From NCBI GenBank assembly GCA_951406725.2, contig OX597816.1, forward strand, positions 12,028,001-12,092,000: a stretch of DNA of 64,000 nt, read 5' to 3'. A program made the position numbers and the translations under genes. The first letter of the stretch is position 1; each line of letters opens with the position of its first letter. Source of the DNA: Octopus vulgaris. Lineage: Eukaryota. This document shows, in pieces, positions 62,350 to 64,000 of the stretch. The notes under the pieces are model-generated. The model was not told where the DNA came from and searched no databases. It saw nothing but the letters and a program-made list of their open reading frames with translations.

Positions 62350-62646
62350 ATGTAAATCAAAATGAGGGTGAAAAATTGGATATTAATTTGATAACATCAA
62401 TTTTAACACCAGTGGTCTAGCATATAAAAAACTGAGATTCAGTAAATAGAATTTTATACATAAATAATTAGAGGGAACCACTATGTGGAAACCCTTATGC
62501 TAGAAGAAGATCCTCTATGGTCTCAACCACTAAGAATTGTTCACCACTAAGAATTTTCTGGAGAACAATTCTTAGTGGTTGAGACTATAGCGGATCTTCT
62601 TCTTGCATAAGGGTTTCCACATAGTGGTTTCTCTTATATTTATGTA
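62350..62646. mobile_element. TA-flanked fold-back element family H3, copy 2 (hairpin ~62455-62646)
   Basis: Homologous to 4841-5112; AACCACTATGTGGAAACCCTTATGC..AACCACTAAGAATTGTTC followed by its reverse complement. Confidence 0.85.
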
Positions 62647-63379
62647 TATATACATGTATGTATATATATATGTGTGTATATATGTGTGTATGTGTGTATT
62701 GAATTTATTTGTAAATTTTAGTGTTTCCCACTCACTATTCGAGCGGAAAGTCATAGGTCATGCATTTTGGGATCAGCAATAAGTGTGGAAAGAAGCACAA
62801 GCAATTAAATTGAGAATGAATGATAGGAGTAAAAGAGAATTATTGAAGAAGAATTCTGGAAACTGAAATTTAAAATGGAACTAATTAAGAAAAGGAACCT
62901 TTGAAGTACTGTATCGAGGGGAATTAATTAAATTCCATGTTTTTCCCTTAAAAAAACAAAAACAAAAAAAAAAACTAATGATGGCTACAGAATAAATAAA
63001 TAAATAAATAAATAAAATCCTTATTTAATCTTTGCAATTTACTTTCAAAGAGAATTTTGTATTCAAAATTACTTCAGCTGTTTGCTTGGTTGAGTTGGCA
63101 AACTTTTTTTTTTTTTTTTTTGCTGCCAATATAGTTAAGCAAGTTTCTTTGTTTTTTTTTTTGCTTTTTCTTCTTTTCTTCTTTTTCGCTTTTATAGTCA
63201 ATTTAGGGGGTGGGGCCAGGGGGGTTGGTGGGGAGGGACTAAATGCGTTGAATTACAAGTTTCTAGTAAGTTCAGATAATTTTACAATTTGGCAATAAAT
63301 GTATGAACTTGCCCTTTTGCTGGGAAAAATTTTCGGTAAAATCTTTGATAAGCAATTTCGATTTAGATAAAGATCGTCA

Positions 63380-63525
63380 GCATCATCACAACCACCACCA
63401 CCACCACCACCACCACCATCACCACCACCAACACCACAACTACCACAACCATCATCACCACCACCACCACCACCACCACCACCACCATCACCACCATCAC
63501 CACCACCACCACCATCACCACCACC

Positions 63526-63557
<32 letters not shown>

Positions 63558-63622
63558 TGCCGTCGTTGTCGTTGTCTTCGTCGTCATCATCATCATCATC
63601 ATTATCATCAACAACAACAACG
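63380..63622. repeat. (CAC)n/(CAT)n microsatellite
   Basis: Direct inspection; source of the poly-H/G/V ORFs. Confidence 0.95.
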
Positions 63623-64000
63623 CAACATGCAAAGAAGTGTGGGTTTTGTCTTAAAGTACACAGATTTCTCAGCCTGTAAAATAAATTCAAAAACCACTTT
63701 TAATTTTTAAAACTGACGTGTGTTAACATATACATGCATATATGTGTATATATATATGTGTGTGTGTGAGTGTGTGTGTATGTATATATGCGTGTTTGTA
63801 TGTGCATACGTGTAAGTCTGTGTGTGTGTGTGGCAGTGTGTACTATAAAACAAATGAGTGCAGGTGTACTGAAACATATTACAGCAACTTTTGGCCAGTG
63901 CCAGGTTGATGCCAGTGCTGCCTGGTGGCACATAAAATGCACCATTTGAGTGGTTGGTGTGAGGAAGGACATCCATCCATAAAAGATCAAGCCAAATCAG

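Noticed and set aside
62715-62780. SSGKVIGHAFWDQQ, resembling mariner SAGKVMATVFWD
   Set aside because: Too short to call as a feature.

Overview
AT-rich eukaryotic DNA saturated with microsatellites. The SINE families and the (TA)n/(CA)n/(GAT)n/(TAA)n landscape look like an Octopus (coleoid cephalopod) genome; this is inferred from repeat content only. I find no supportable host protein-coding gene, and nearly every ORF in the track is translated microsatellite or SINE sequence, so the window is most likely a large intron or intergenic region. Real coding remnants are all transposon-derived: a CR1/L2-group LINE 3' end, three Dong/R4-type (RLE) LINE fragments, an RTE remnant and several Tc1/mariner fragments. 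Other mobile elements are two non-autonomous Helitrons, a cluster of piggyBac-type MITEs, a probable hAT MITE and four abundant SINE-like families. The most interesting signal, which the ORF track does not show, is a set of short non-coding elements that are mostly anchored in (TA)n. They carry minimal type-I hammerhead ribozymes with palindromic stem III (dimer-type, Penelope-like): seven clear or CpG-decayed motifs plus two partial ones. Many also form 25-95 bp fold-back inverted repeats. A second candidate is an exactly 66-bp structured tandem module inside an RTE-tailed SINE. SINE boundaries are approximate (about +/-10-20 nt).
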